Source of the DNA: Anaeramoeba ignava BMAN
Lineage: Eukaryota; Protista; Anaeramoebae
Assembly: GCA_028826165.1 (NCBI GenBank)
Contig: JAPDFW010000019.1
Span: 14,017-78,016, forward strand
Direction: 5' to 3'
DNA length: 64,000 nucleotides
Shown here: one piece after another, positions 37,003 to 51,604 of the stretch
Layout: each line of letters begins with the position of its first letter
Position numbering within the stretch: the stretch's first letter is position 1
Notes under the pieces: generated by a model
The model's database searches: none
The model's input: the letters and a program-made list of their open reading frames with translations, nothing else
What the model was told of the DNA's origin: nothing
Made by a program: the position numbers and the translations under genes

Positions 37003-37470
37003 AAAATAAATAAAATTATTAAAAATAAAAAATTTAAAAAATTTAAAAAATTTTCCTCAATTCCACTTTTTATTCTTTTTAAATCTAATTTAATTTAATT
37101 TAATTTATTTTATTTCTTTTCTTGTTCTTTTTCAATTTAATTTAATTCAAAAAAATAAATAAAATTATTAAAAAAATAAAAAATAAAAAATTTTCCTCAA
37201 TTCCACTTTTTTTATTATTTTTTTAATTTAATTTAATTTAATTTAATTTAATTTAATTTATTTTAATTCATTTCTTTTATTTTCTTGTTCTTTTTCTTGT
37301 TCTTTTTCAATTTAATTTAATTTAAAAAAATAAATAAAATTATTAAAAATAAAAAATTTAAAAAATTAAAAAAATTTTCCTCAATTCCACTTTTTTTATT
37401 CTTTTTTTAATTTAATTCAATTTAATTTAATTTATTTTAATTTATTTCATTTCTTTTCTTGTTCTTTTTC
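37003..37470. repeat. Three imperfect tandem copies of a ~140-185-bp 3'-flank unit containing TTTTCCTCAATTCCACTTTT
   Basis: Motif at about 37051, 37191 and 37375. Confidence 0.75.
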
Positions 37471-40268
37471 TTGCATATAATCAACAAAATCATCAATTAA
37501 AACAGGCCAAGCTGAATAAGGATCATAATTAGAAAAATCTTTGTTAATTGTTTGAATAAAATCCAAAAATAAATTCCAAGTATCTTGATTAATTTCTTGT
37601 TGATTCTAAAAAAACAAGAAAAAAATATAAAATATTTAAAACAAATTTTTAAAATATAAATTTCCAAAAAAAAATTTTTACAGAAACAAATTCCATCCAA
37701 TCTTGAAGATGTGGATATTTATCTTTAAGAATTATTCCCCATAAAACAGATGCTTCTTGTGATGCTTTTTTTTTTTAAAAAATATTTGAATTAAGTTTTT
37801 TTAAAATGAATTATTTTTTCTTTTTCTTTTTTTTTCTTTTTCTTTGTTTTTTTTTACGAATTGTTCTTCGATCTGGTGTTTCTTTTGAAAATAAAAAAAC
37901 AAATTTATAAAAATTTTCAAATTCTTCTTTTTTTTCTAATCTTTTTTGAAATTCAACAACTTTTTGTTTCATTCTTTCTAAAGTATCACAACTATTTATA
38001 GAAAAAATAAATGAAAATAAAAATCAAATTTCATTTTTAAATTCATATTTAAATTAATATTTAAATTCCATTTTTAAATTCATTTTTAAATTCCATTTTT
38101 AAATTAATATTTAAATTAATATTTAAATTCATTTTTAAATTCCATTTTTAAATTCATATTTAAATTCATTTTTAATTTCATATTTAAATTCATTTTTAAA
38201 TTCATATTTAAATTCATTTTTAAATTCCATTTTTAAATTCCATTTTTAAATTCATTTTTAAATTCATTTTTAAATTCATTTTTAAATTAATTTTTAAATT
38301 CATTTTTAAATTTCATTTTTAAATTCCATTTTTAAATTCCATTTTTAAATTAATTTTTAAATTTCATTTTTAAATTCATTTTTAAATTCCATTTTTAAAT
38401 TCCATTTTTAAATTCATTTTTAAATTCATTTTTAAATTAATATTTAAATTAATTTTTAAATTCATTTTTAAATTCATTTTTAAATTCCATTTTTAAATTC
38501 CTTTTTAAATTCATTTTTAAATTAATTTTTAAATTCCATTTTTAAATTCATTTTTAAATTCATTTTTAAATTCATTTTTAAATTAATATTTAAATTAATT
38601 TTTAAATTCATTTTTAAATTCCATATTTAAATTCATTTTTAAATTCATTTTTAAATTCATATTTAAATTAATATTTAAATTCCATTTTTAAATTCATTTT
38701 TAAATTAATATTTAAATTCATATTTAAATTAATATTTAAATTCATTTTTAAATTCCATTTTTAAATTCATTTTTAAATTCCATTTTTAAATTCCATTTTT
38801 AATTTCATATTTAAATTCATTTTTAAATTCATATTTAAATTCATTTTTAAATTCCATTTTTAAATTAATTTTTAAATTCATTTTTAAATTCATTTTTAAA
38901 TTCCATTTTTAAATTCCATTTTTAAATTAATTTTTAAATTCATTTTTAAATTCCATATTTAAATTCATATTTAAATTCATTTTTAAATTCATTTTTAAAT
39001 TCCATTTTTAAATTCATTTTTAAATTCATTTTTAAATTCCATTTTTAATTTCATATTTAAATTCATTTTTAAATTAATATTTAAATTCATTTTTAAATTC
39101 ATTTTTAAATTCCATTTTTAAATTCATTTTTAAATTCCATTTTTAAATTCATTTTTAAATTCCATTTTTAAATTCCATTTTTAAATTCATTTTTAAATTC
39201 ATTTTTAAATTCATTTTTAAATTCATTTTTAAATTCCATTTTTAAATTCATTCTTAAATTCATTCTTTTTTTTACCGTTCTTTCCACCAATTATTAACAA
39301 ATTCGTCTTTTGTAAATAATCCAGCTTCTTTTGCTTGTAAAAAATAACAAATTATTAATGTATCAACATGTAATAATTCAATTCCAAGATCTGAAAAATA
39401 TTGTCCAACTCCTTCAATCTCTATTTTGCCACTTTTCTTATCTTTAAAATTAAAATCAATTTGAAAATTAAAATTAAAATTAAAATTAAAATTAAAATCA
39501 AAATCAATTTGAAAATTAAAATTAAAATTAAAATTAAAAATTAAATTTAAAATTAAATTCAAAATCAATTTGAAAATTAAAATCAAAATTAAAATTAAAA
39601 TTAAAATTAATATTAAAATTAAAATTAAAATTAAAATTAAAATCAAAATTAAAATTAAAATTAAAATTAAAATCAAAATCGGAAAAAATTTACTATAATA
39701 AGACTCAAAAAGACTAACTAAACGTTCTAGTTTTGGAGGACCAACATCTTTTTTAATAGGTTTTTTTTCAGGTTTAGGAACTTCTATTTCTTTCTTTTCT
39801 TCTTTTTCTTCTTTTTTTTGTTGAAAAATTGATGAAGAAAGATTTTCATTTTTTTCAGGAATTTCATCAAGACTTAACTCAACTATTTCAGCAACTCCAA
39901 CTTCCTTATTTGTCTTTTGAGTTTGTGAAAATGCTTCAAAACATGTTTGTAAATTCCAATCATAACTTTGTATAAATCCTAAACTGATTTCTTCACTATA
40001 TTTTTCAAAAAAATTTTTTCATTTCGTTTTTTTTTTCAATTCATTTTTTTAATTCATTTTTCTTTTAAAAAAATTATATTGTTTTTTGTTGTTTTTTCTT
40101 TTTTATTTTTATTTTTGATTTTAAACCTTGTTATTGAAAAATCACTAAAAATTCTTAATTGATCTTCTTGAAATTCGGTTAATGACTTTAATTTCCAAAT
40201 TTTGAATTTTTTCAAAATAAATTTTTTAAATAAATTTTCATTGAGTTTTGCTTTTATTTTTTTACCAT
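37447..40268 (-). CDS. DCN1: DCN1-like protein (UBA-like + cullin-binding PONY domain), multi-exon
   Basis: ATG-only first coding exon (40268-40266). UBA-like N-terminus ..[43 protein letters not shown] and C-terminal [21 protein letters not shown]. Intron 39275-37992 is repeat-filled. Confidence 0.85.
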
Positions 40269-40364
40269 TTTAATTTGTAAATAATTTTTTTTTGAAAGAA
40301 TAACAATAAAAAATGAAAAAAAAAATGAAAAAAAAAATCGGAAAAAAATTAAAATTTTTTTAAT

Positions 40365-43300
40365 AGATTTAAATTTAGTTAAATTAGGGAAAATTATTTA
40401 AATATGTTTATTAAATAGATCTATTTATTAATTTATATTAATTATTATTTAATTATTTTTATATAATTTAAATCAAAAATAAATTAATTTAAAATATTTT
40501 TTGTTTTCTTTATTCCATTTTTTAATTAGATTTTAATTTAGATAAATTAGGTAAAATTATTTAAATATATTTATTAAATAGATCTATTTATTAATTTATT
40601 ATATTTATTATTTAATTATTTTTATATAATTTAAATCAAAAATAAATTAATTTAAAAATATTTTTGTTTTCTTTATTCCATTTTTCATCAAGTTTAATTT
40701 AAATAAATTAGGTAAAATTATTTAAATATATTTTATGTTATTTATTAATTATTTTTAATTTATTATTTTTATATAATTTAAATCAAAATTAAATTAATTT
40801 TAAAATATTTTTTATTTATTCCATTTTTTAATTAGATTTAAATTTAAATAAATTAGGTAAAATTATTTAAATATATTTATTAAATAGATCTAATTATTAA
40901 TTTATTATATTTATTATTTAATTATTTTTATATAATTTAAATCAAAAATAAATTAATTTAAAATATTTTTGTTTTCTTTATTCCATTTTTAATTAGATTT
41001 AAATTTAAATAAATTAGGTAAAATTATTTTAAATATATTTATTAAATAGATCTATTTATTAATTTATATTAATTATTATTTAATTATTTTTATATAATTT
41101 AAATCAAAAATTAAATTAATTTAAAAATATTTTTGTTTTCTTTATTCCATTTTTAATTAGATTTAAATTTAGTTAAATTAGGTAAAATTATTTAAATATA
41201 TTTATTAAATAGATCCATTTATTAATTTATATTAATTATTATTTAATTATTTTTATATAATTTAAATCAAAATTAAATTAATTTAAAATATTTTTGTTTT
41301 CTTTTATTCCATTTTTCATCAAGTTTAATTTTAAATAAATTAGGGAAAATTATTTAAATATATTTATTAAATAGATATATTTATAAATTTATATTTATTA
41401 TAATTTAATTATTTTTATATAATTTAAATCAAAAATAAATTAATTTTAAAATATTTTTGTTTTCTTTATTCAATTTTTAATTAGATTTTTAATTTAAATA
41501 AATTAGGGAAAATTATTTAAATATATTTTATAAATAGATCTAATTATTAATTTATTATATTTATTATTTAATTATTTTTATATAATTTAAATCAAAAATA
41601 AATTAATTTAAAATATATTGTTTTATTTATTCCATTTTTCATCAAGTTTAATTTAAATAAATTAGGTAAAATTATTTAAATATATTTTATGAATAGATCT
41701 ATTTATTAATTTATATTTATTATAATTTAATTATTTTTATATAATTTTAATCAAAAATAAATTAATTTTAAAATATTTTTGTTTTCTTTATTCCATTTTT
41801 AATTATATTTAATTTAAATAAATTAGGTAAAATTATTTAAATATATTTTATAAGTAGATCTATTTATTAATTTATATTAATTATTATTTAATTATTTTTA
41901 TATAATTTAAATCAAAAATAAATTAATTTTAAATATTTTTATTTTCTTTATTCCATTTTTAATTAGATTTTAATTTAAAATAAATTAGGTAAAATTATTT
42001 AAATATATTTTATAAGTAGATCTATTTATTAATTTTATATTTATTAATTAATTATTTTTATATAATTTAAATCAAAATTAAATTAATTTTAAATATTTTT
42101 GTTTTATTATCCCCTTTTTATTTATTTTTTTTCATCAAGTTGAATTTAAATAAATTAGGGAAAATTATTTAAATATATTTATTAAATAGATCTATTTATT
42201 AATTTATATTATTTATAATTTAATTATTTTTATATAATTTTAATCAAAAATAAATTAATTTAAAATATTTTTGTTTTCTTTTATTCAATTTTTAATTATA
42301 TTTAATTTAAATAAATTAGGGAAAATTATTTAAATATATTTTATAAGTAGATCTATTTATTAATTTATATTAATTATTATTTAATTATTTTTATATAATT
42401 TTAATCAAAAATAAATTAATTTAAAATATTTTGTTTTATTATCCCCTTTTCTATTTATTTTTTTCATCAAGTTTAATTTAAATAAATTAGGAAAATTATT
42501 TAAATATATTTATTAAATAGATCTATTTATTAATTTATATTATTTATAATTTAATTATTTTTATATAATTTTAATCAAAAATAAATTAATTTTAAAATAT
42601 TTTTTGTTTTCTTTATTCCATTTTTAATTAGATTTAAATTTAGTTAAATTAGGTAAAATTATTTAAATATATTTATTAAATAGATCTATTTATTAATTTA
42701 TATTAATTATTATTTAATTATTTTTATATAATTTTAATCAAAAATAAATTAATTTAAAATATTTTTGTTTTCTTTATTCCATTTTTTCATCAAGTTTAAT
42801 TTAAATAAATTAGGTAAAATTATTTAAATATATTTATTAAATAGATCTATTTATTAATCTATATTAATTATAATTTAATTATTTTTATATAATTTAAATC
42901 AAAAATAAATTAATTTAAAATATTTTTGTTTTTATTTATTCCATTTTTAATCAATTTTAATTTAAATAAATTAGGTAAAATTATTTAAATATATTTTATG
43001 AATAGATCTATTTATTAATCTATATTAATTATAATTTAATTATTTTTATATAATTTAAATCAAAAATAAATTAATTTAAAATATTTTTGTTTTCTTTATT
43101 CCATTTTTTTAATTATATTTAATTTAAATAAATTAGGGAAAATTATTTAAAATATATTTTATAAATAGATCTATTTATTAATCTATATTTATTATAATTT
43201 AAATTATTTTTATATAATTTTAATCAAAAATAAATTAATTTAAAATATTTTTGTTTTCTTTATTCCATTTTTAATTAGATTTAAATTTAAAATAAATTAG

Positions 43301-43840
43301 GTAAAATTATTTAAATATATTTTATAAATAGATCTATTTATTAATTTATATTTATTATAATTTAATTATTTTTATATAATTTAAAAGTCAAAAATAAATT
43401 AATTTAAAAATATTTTGTTTTTATTATCCCCTTTTTATTTATTTTTCATCAAGTTTAATTTAAATAAATTAGGTAAAATTATTTAAATATATTTTATAAA
43501 TAGATCTAATTATTAATTTATTATATTTATTATTTAATTATTTTTATATAATTTAAATCAAAAATAAATTAATTTCAAAATATTTTTTGTTTTCTTTATT
43601 CCATTTTTTCATCAAGTTTAATTTAAATAAATTAGGTAAAATTATTTAAATATATTTTATAAATAGATCTATTTATTAATTTATATTTATTATTAATTAA
43701 TTATTTTTATATAATTTTAATCAAAAATAAATTAATTAAAAAAATATTTTTATTTTCCATTTTTTATTCCATTTTTTAATCAAGTTTAATTTAAATAAAT
43801 TAGGTAAAATTATTTAAATATATTTTATAAATAGATCTAT
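40365..43840. repeat. ~162-bp AT-rich satellite, about 22 copies, between divergently transcribed genes
   Basis: AAATTAGG(T/G)AAAATTATTTAAATATATTT..AATAGATCTATTT recurs about every 160-175 bp from about 40385 to about 43802. Confidence 0.92.
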
Positions 43841-44190
43841 TGAAAGAATTAATAAAAATTTAAATAAAATAAAAACAAAATGAAAGTAAAAAAAAAACTC
43901 AAAACTGAAAAGTAAAAAAAAAATTTTCTTTTTTAATTTTTTTAAATTTTTTAATTTAAGAATAAGAATAAGAATAAAATAAAATAAAAAGCTATTCTGC
44001 CCCTGACAAATAAACAACAATAAAACAGAAAAACAAAACAAAAAAATTAATAAAAAAAAATTTAATAAAAAAAAAAAATAAAAAAACTTCTTAATTTGTA
44101 TTTATTTTTCTTTTTTTACTTTTTCTTCTTTTTTTCTTTTCTTATTTTTCCTTTGTTCTTTTCAATATAAAAAAAAATTTTTTTCTTTTA

Positions 44191-45951
44191 ATGAAATCCC
44201 AAAAAAACTTAAACTCTTTTAGTACTTCTTCAAGTGATTCTTTAAGTGATTCAGAAAGTGATTCTGAAAATTTAAAAATGAGATCAAAGAAAGAAAAAAA
44301 TCAAAACCAAAATCAAGATGAAGATGAAAATCAAAATGGAAATGATGAAGATGAAGATGAGGAAATAAAATTTATTTTCCAAAATCAACAAAACCATCAA
44401 AAATTCACAAATAAAAACAAAAAAATATTTAATAAGCAACAACAAAATAAATTTCAAGATCCTTCATTTCAGAATATCAAAATTTACACTCAAGAAAATT
44501 CATTGGGAACAACATTTCAACCAAAAAAATCAATTAGTCAAAAAGACTTTCCAATTAACACTTATCAAAATAAAAATGAATATCAAAATGAATATGAAAA
44601 TCAAAATGAATATGAAAGTGAAAATGAAAGTGAAAATGAAAGTGAAAATGAAAGTGAAAATGAAAATGAAAATGAAAATGAAAATGAAAATGAAAATCAA
44701 AATGAAAATCAAAATCAAAATCAAAATGAAAATGAAAATCAAAATGAAAATGAAAATGAAAATCAATATCAATATGAAAATGAAAATGAAAAAAATGAAA
44801 ATGAAAATGAAAATGAAAATGAAAATGAAAATGAAAATGAAAATGAAAATGAAAATGAAAATGAAAATCAAAATGAAAATGAAAATCAAATCAAAATGAA
44901 AATGAAATTCAAAATGAAAATGAAATTGAATATGAAATTCAAATTGAAAATGAATATCAAAATGAAAATCAAAATCAAAATGAATATCAAAATGAAAATG
45001 AAAATCAAAATCAAAATCAAAATCAAAATCAAAATCAAAATCAAAATCAAAATCAAAATCAAAATGAAAATCAAAATCAAAATGAAATTCGATTCGATAC
45101 TTCAAATAGTGATATTGATGATGAATTAAAAATTGAGGATAATATAAATGAAGAAAATGATTTATTTGAAATTTGTGATATAGATTATAATAACCAAAAC
45201 CAAAACCAAATTCAAAATCAAAATCAAATTCAAAATAAAAATCAATATCCAAATCCAAATCCAAATCCAAATCAATATCAATATCAATATCAATATCAAT
45301 ATCAATATCAATATCAAAATCAATATCAAAATCAAAATCAATATCAAAATCAAAATCCAATTCAAAATCAAAATCAAAATCAATATTCAAATCAATATCA
45401 AAATCTAAATCAAAATTTTCAAGAGTTAACAGATCTTCAACAATACCAACAATATCAACAATATCGACAATATCAACAATATCAACAAGAATTACTTCAA
45501 CAGATGGAAAATCCAGATACAGAGAGATTTCCTCAAAATTTTTCAGAAAATCCTTCAGAAAATCCTTTAGAAGATAATTTATCTACTTTTATTTTATCAA
45601 GTGCTGATGAGTTTAAAGAATTTGCAAAATATTTATTTGTTCCAGATTCACGAACATCAAATACACAAGCAACAACAAGTAAAATATTAAATATAAAATA
45701 TTAAATATAAAATATAAAAATTGATAAAATTATTTTTCAATTTTTTAGTTGAACCAGAAAAAGTGAAATCACTTGGTGGTTTTGTTATAAATTTAATGTC
45801 AAGATATCATGAAGCTTTACAAATGAGAAACTATCAACATCAACAAAAATTAGATAATATTTCAAATTCTTTTAAGCAACATAACAACTTATTTAAATTA
45901 CAAATTGCTCATTTAAATAATGAAATAGAGAAATTAAACAAAAAAAAATAA
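44191..45951 (+). CDS. Low-complexity N/E/Q-rich protein with short C-terminal coiled-coil (frameshift in repeat tract)
   Basis: ORF 44191..45129 shifts frame inside the (GAAAAT/CAAAAT)n tract at about 44890. It continues through 45504..45678 and, after a short intron, about 45750..45951. It may be joined to the downstream gene. Confidence 0.5.
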
Positions 45952-46331
45952 TTTGAGTTTTCTTTTTTAATTAGTATTGAATTTCTCAATTCTATTTCCC
46001 TTTTTTTTTTTCCATTTCCTTTTTGATTGACTCAAAAAATATTTTTTGGATTTGATTGAAAAATGTAGATTGAAAAATTCCTCTTTTAATTTTTTAATAT
46101 TTTAATTTGTTTTTTTTTTTTTTAAATTTTTAAATTGTTTTTTTATTTTGAAAGGGAAAAGAAAAAGAATTTTGTTTGGATTTTTTTTAGAAACAATTTT
46201 TATTCTACTTTTATAAATTTTTCTTTTATTAAAAAATAACTAAAATAAAATAAAATCGTTGAATTTTTTTTTCATTTTTTTCATTTTTTTTTCAATTTTT
46301 TTCAATTTTTTTTTTTAATTATTAATACAAA

Positions 46332-49300
46332 ATGAATTCAAATATTTTTCAAAAAATTGGGAATAAAGTCAGGAATCCACAACCATTAATTTCCGTAAGT
46401 GAAATCTGAAAAGAAATTAATTTTGTTATAAATAATTTGTGAATAAATTATAAATTAAATTATAAATTAAATAATAAATAAAATTATAAATAAAATTATA
46501 AATTAAATTATAAATTAAATTATAAATTAAATTATAAATAAAATTATAAATTAAATTATAAATAAAATTATAAATAAAATTATAAATAAAATTATAAATA
46601 AAATTATAAATAAAATTATAAATAAAATTATAAATAAAATTATAAATAAAATTATAAATAAAATTATAAATAAAAATATAAATAAAATTATAAATAAAAT
46701 TATAAATAAAATTATAAATAAAATTATAAATTAAATTATAAATTAAAATATAAATTAAAATTAAAATAAAATTATAAATTAAATTATAAATAAAAATATA
46801 AATAAAAGATAAATAAAAATATAAATAAAATTATAAATAAAAATTATAAATTAAATTATAAATAAAATTATAAATAAAATTATAAATAAAATTATAAATA
46901 AAATTATAAATTAAAAATAAATAAAATAAATTAAATTATAAATAAAATTATAAATAAAATTATAAATAAAAATTATAAATAAAATTATAAATAATATTAT
47001 AAATAAAATTATAAATAAAATTATAAATAAAATTATAAATAAAAATTATAAATTAAAATTATAAATAAAATTAAATAAAATAAATAAAAATTATAAATAA
47101 AATATAAATAAAATTATAAATAAAAATTATAAATAAAATTATAAATAAAAATATAAATTAAAATTATAAATAAAATATAAATTAAAATTATAAATTAAAT
47201 TATAAATAATTAAATTATAAATAAATTAAAATTATAAATAAAATTATAAATAAATTATAAATAAATTATGTAAATTATAAATAAAATTATAAATAAAAAT
47301 TATAAATTAATAAAATTATAAATTAAATTATAAATTAAAATTATAAATAAAAATTATAAATAAAATTATAAATAAAAATTATAAATAAAATTATAAATAA
47401 AATTATAAATAAAATTATAAATTAAATTATAAATTTAAAATTATAAATTAAATTATAAATTAAATTATAAAATAAAATTATAAATTAAATAAAATTTAAT
47501 TATAAATAAAATTATAAATAAAATTATAAATAAAATTATAAATAAAATTATAAAATAAAATTATAAATAAAAATATAAAATAAAAATAAAAAAAAATTAT
47601 AAATAAAATTATAAATAAATTATAAATTAATTATAAAAAACAAAAATAAAATTATAAATAAAATTATAAATTAAATTATAAATTAAATTATAAATAAAAT
47701 TATAAATAAAATTATAAATTAAATTATAAAATAAAATATAAATAAAATTATAAATTAAATTATAAATTAAAATATAAATAAAATTATAAATAAAATTATA
47801 AATAAAATTATAAATTAAATTATAAATTAAATTATAAATTAAATTATAAATAAAATTATAAATAAAATATAAATTTCTAAATAAATAAAATTATAAATTA
47901 AAATATAAATAAAAAAAGGAAATAATTCAACAAGATTCAGAAAAACAAAAAGAATTATTAACAGATCTACGAGAGCAACTGACTGATCTTCTAAGCAACA
48001 AGAAAGATCTATTAAATTTACAAGAACAATTTGATAAATACAAAATGGAGTGTCAAGAACAAATGAAAGGATTAGAAGCACAAAACAAAGAATACAAAGA
48101 AGAAATAAACAAGCTTCTTGAAGAAAAACGAGAAGCCAAAGAAGATCTTGAAACGATGAAAGGACAATTTGACAGTTTTCTAATAGAAATAAATAAATAT
48201 CAAGAAGTAATCAAGCGACTAGAAAATCAATTTCAAAATGCAAAACAAGAAAAAGACGAGTTAGAAGAGGCGAATAAGAACTTAAGGTCCGAATTAAATC
48301 GGGGACGTTACGAGCAACAGAAGGCGGATAACTATAGAACAGAACTTGAAAGTCACATTGGCGAATTGCAAAGCAACAACGCAGCTCTTCAGCAGGAAAT
48401 CATGAGTTCGAAGAGGCAAAAAGACGATGCAGACAAGCATGGATCCCTCGTTCATGCTCAGCTCGCAAGAATCCTTGCAAAGCCTCAACAGCCAGTACTG
48501 TCAAATTCCGATAATGTTTGGGATGTTGTTGATAATGATATAAATGATCTTCATCATCTTGTTTTTCAATTGAGAAATCAAGTCAAAGACCTCGATTCAG
48601 ATGCTCAGATTTATAAACAAAATACTCAGAAACTCGAACAGGATAATGCTGGTCTTAGAGCTAAAATTATTAATCATAATCGTAATATTTCTACTTATGA
48701 TTATGCTGTAAAGTTGCTTTTAAGAGGTAATTAAAATGAAATTTAAAATGAAATTTAAAATCAAATTTAAAACAAAATTTAAAATCAAATTTATAACAAA
48801 ATTTAAAATGAAATTTAAATCAAATTTTAAAATGAAATTTAAATCAAATTTTAAAATGAAATTTATAACAAAATTTAAAATGAAATTTAAAATTAAATTT
48901 ATAACAAAATTTAAAACGAAATTTAAAATAAAATTTAAAATAAAATTTAAAATGAAATTTATAATGAAATTTATAACAAAATTTATAACAAAATTTAAAA
49001 TGAAATTTATAACAAAATTTATAATGAAATTTAAATCAAAATTTAAAATGAAATTTATAATGAAATTTAAAATCAAAATTTAAAATGAAATTTAAAATGA
49101 AATTTAAAATGAAATTTAAAATGAAATTTAAAATGAAATTTAAAATGAAATTTATAATGAAATTTATAATGAAATTTATAACAAAATTTATAACAAAATT
49201 TAAAACAAAATTTAAAATGAAAATTTAAAATGAAATTTAAAATCAAATTTATAATCAAATTTAAAATAAAATTTAAAATGAAATTTAAAACAAAATTTAT

Positions 49301-51419
49301 AATGAAATTTATAACAAAATTTAAAATGAAATTTAAAACAAAATTTAAAATAAAATTTAAAATGAAATTTATAATGAAATTTATAATAAAATTTAAAATG
49401 AAATTTAAAATAAAATTTATAATGAAATTTAAAACAAAATTTAAAACAAAATTTAAAATGAAATTTATAACAAAATTTAAATCAAAATTTAAAATGAAAT
49501 TTATAATGAAATTTAAATCAAAATTTAAAATAATTTATAATGAAATTTAAAATGAAATTTAAAATGGGAAATTTAAAATAAAATTTAAAATGAAATTTAA
49601 AATTTATAATGAAATTTAAAATGAAATTTAAAATGAAATTTAAAAATGAAATTTAAAATGAAATTTAAAAAAAAAAATTTAAAATGAAAAAAAAATTTAA
49701 AATAAAATTTAAAACAAAATTTAAAAAATGAAAAATTTATAATGAAAAATTTTTGAAATAAAAAAATTTATAAAATAAAAATTTATAAATAAAATTTAAA
49801 ATCAAAATTTATAATAAAATTTAAAATGAAATTTAAATCAAAATTTAAAATAAAATTTAAAATAAAATTTTAAAATAAAATTTAAAATGAAATTTTAAAA
49901 CAAAATTTATAATGAAATTTTTATATAAAATGAAATTTAAAAACAAAATTTAAAAATGAAATTTTAAAAATGAAATTTATAAACAAAATTTAAAATGAAA
50001 TTTAATGAAAATCAAAATTTAAAATGAAATTTTAAAAATTTATATCAAAATTTAAAATGAAATTTAAAATAAAATTTAAAATCAAATTTTTTAAAATGAA
50101 ATTTAAAATGAAATTTAAAATGAAATTTAAAACAAATTTAAAATAAAATTTAAAATAAAAATTTAAAATAAAAATTTATAAAAATAAATCAAAATTTTTT
50201 AAATTTCAAAATTTATATCAAAATTTATATATCAAAATTTATATCAAAATTTATATCAAATTTATATCAAAATTTATATCAAAATTTATATCAAAATTTA
50301 TATCAAAATTTATATCAAAATTTATATCAAAATTTAAAAACAAAAGGTCTCATACCACTTCAACACAAGATCAAAATTTTATCAGCACAAAAACAATATT
50401 TTTTAACACTCGAAAATCAACTCAATAAATACAAAGCAGAAATGGAGAAGCTCCACTACAAGCTAACAGGAAGATACCCAGTTCAAAGAAGACAACCTGT
50501 TTCATTAGCCTCAATAGGATTAGTGGCATTATTTGGGGTAGCTATGGCGAAGACGATGAACGAACGTAACCGGAAATTCGGCAAGCCCTACAAAATCGAG
50601 GGTTCCACAGAAACCATCGTACTCAGCCCAATGACTCAACTCAATCCGAACGCATCTATCTATCGAGTCATCAATGAAGACATCCATAACCCAACAGAAC
50701 AATGGGATGTGGAAAAATTTATCCGATTGGCACTTGAATTCAAACCGAATTTTTTTTCCCTCGAAGATGAAGACCCTTATTCATATCAAAGACTCGGCGG
50801 CGCACAAGGCTTTGCAAACATGAGATCCCCTGATGAGATGTCGCAGCAAGACGAGGTCGCCAATGTTGTGAATAGCGCAATAACAAGACTACTTTCGCGG
50901 ATACATAACGAGGAAAAAGAAAAAAATCTATTGCAAAAATCGTCAGAGGATCTTTCCAACCAATTACGACAACTGGCACAGAACAAGGAGATCAAAGATC
51001 AAGAGATTCAATCCCTTCATCGCTCCCTCTCACAAGCGCAAGGCATGATTGATAGCTTGGGTCTTGAGAACAAGCATTTGCAAGAGCAGATCGAAAATCT
51101 TGTTCCAATCAAGTCACTTGAAATTGAAAAAGAAAAATATGATGATTTGAAATCAAAATTCAATAAAAATCTTTCTTTATTAAACCAGAAGTCTGTTCTT
51201 CTTCAAAATGCAGAGAAACAAATCCAGAATCTTCAAGATACGATCCAAAAACTTAATAATGATTCCGTTCATAATCAACAAAATTTAATTCAATATGAAA
51301 ATGAAATTGATGATTTAACTGAAAAATGCAATCTTTTATCAAAACAAGTTCAAACTTATCAAAAACATATGAGAACTTTAAAAGAAGAAATTGGCAATTC
51401 TGATTTTTTTGATTTTTGA
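46332..51419 (+). CDS. Long coiled-coil protein (3 exons)
   Basis: Exons 46332-46394, 47919-48726 and 50347-51419 join in frame (QPLIS-EIIQQ; LLRG-LIPLQ). Heptad-rich sequence. Introns are repeat-filled. Confidence 0.72.
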
Positions 51420-51604
51420 AATTTTTTTCTTTTCTTCTTTCCAAAAAAAAGAAATTTTTTTTTTTTCCGTTTTCTTTTACTTTTTCTTTCAAAAAAAAAC
51501 AAAAACAAATTTAATTTTTTCATTTTTTTCCTTTTTTTTTAAAAAACATAAAAAACAAACAAAAACACAAAAACAAAAACACAAAAACAAAAACACAAAA
51601 CAAA

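Noticed and set aside
40365-43840. Second micro-exon or recursive-splice array (TTAG|GTAAAA)
   Set aside because: There is no variable insert, several units read TTAGGG, and it lies between divergent gene starts rather than within a split coding domain.
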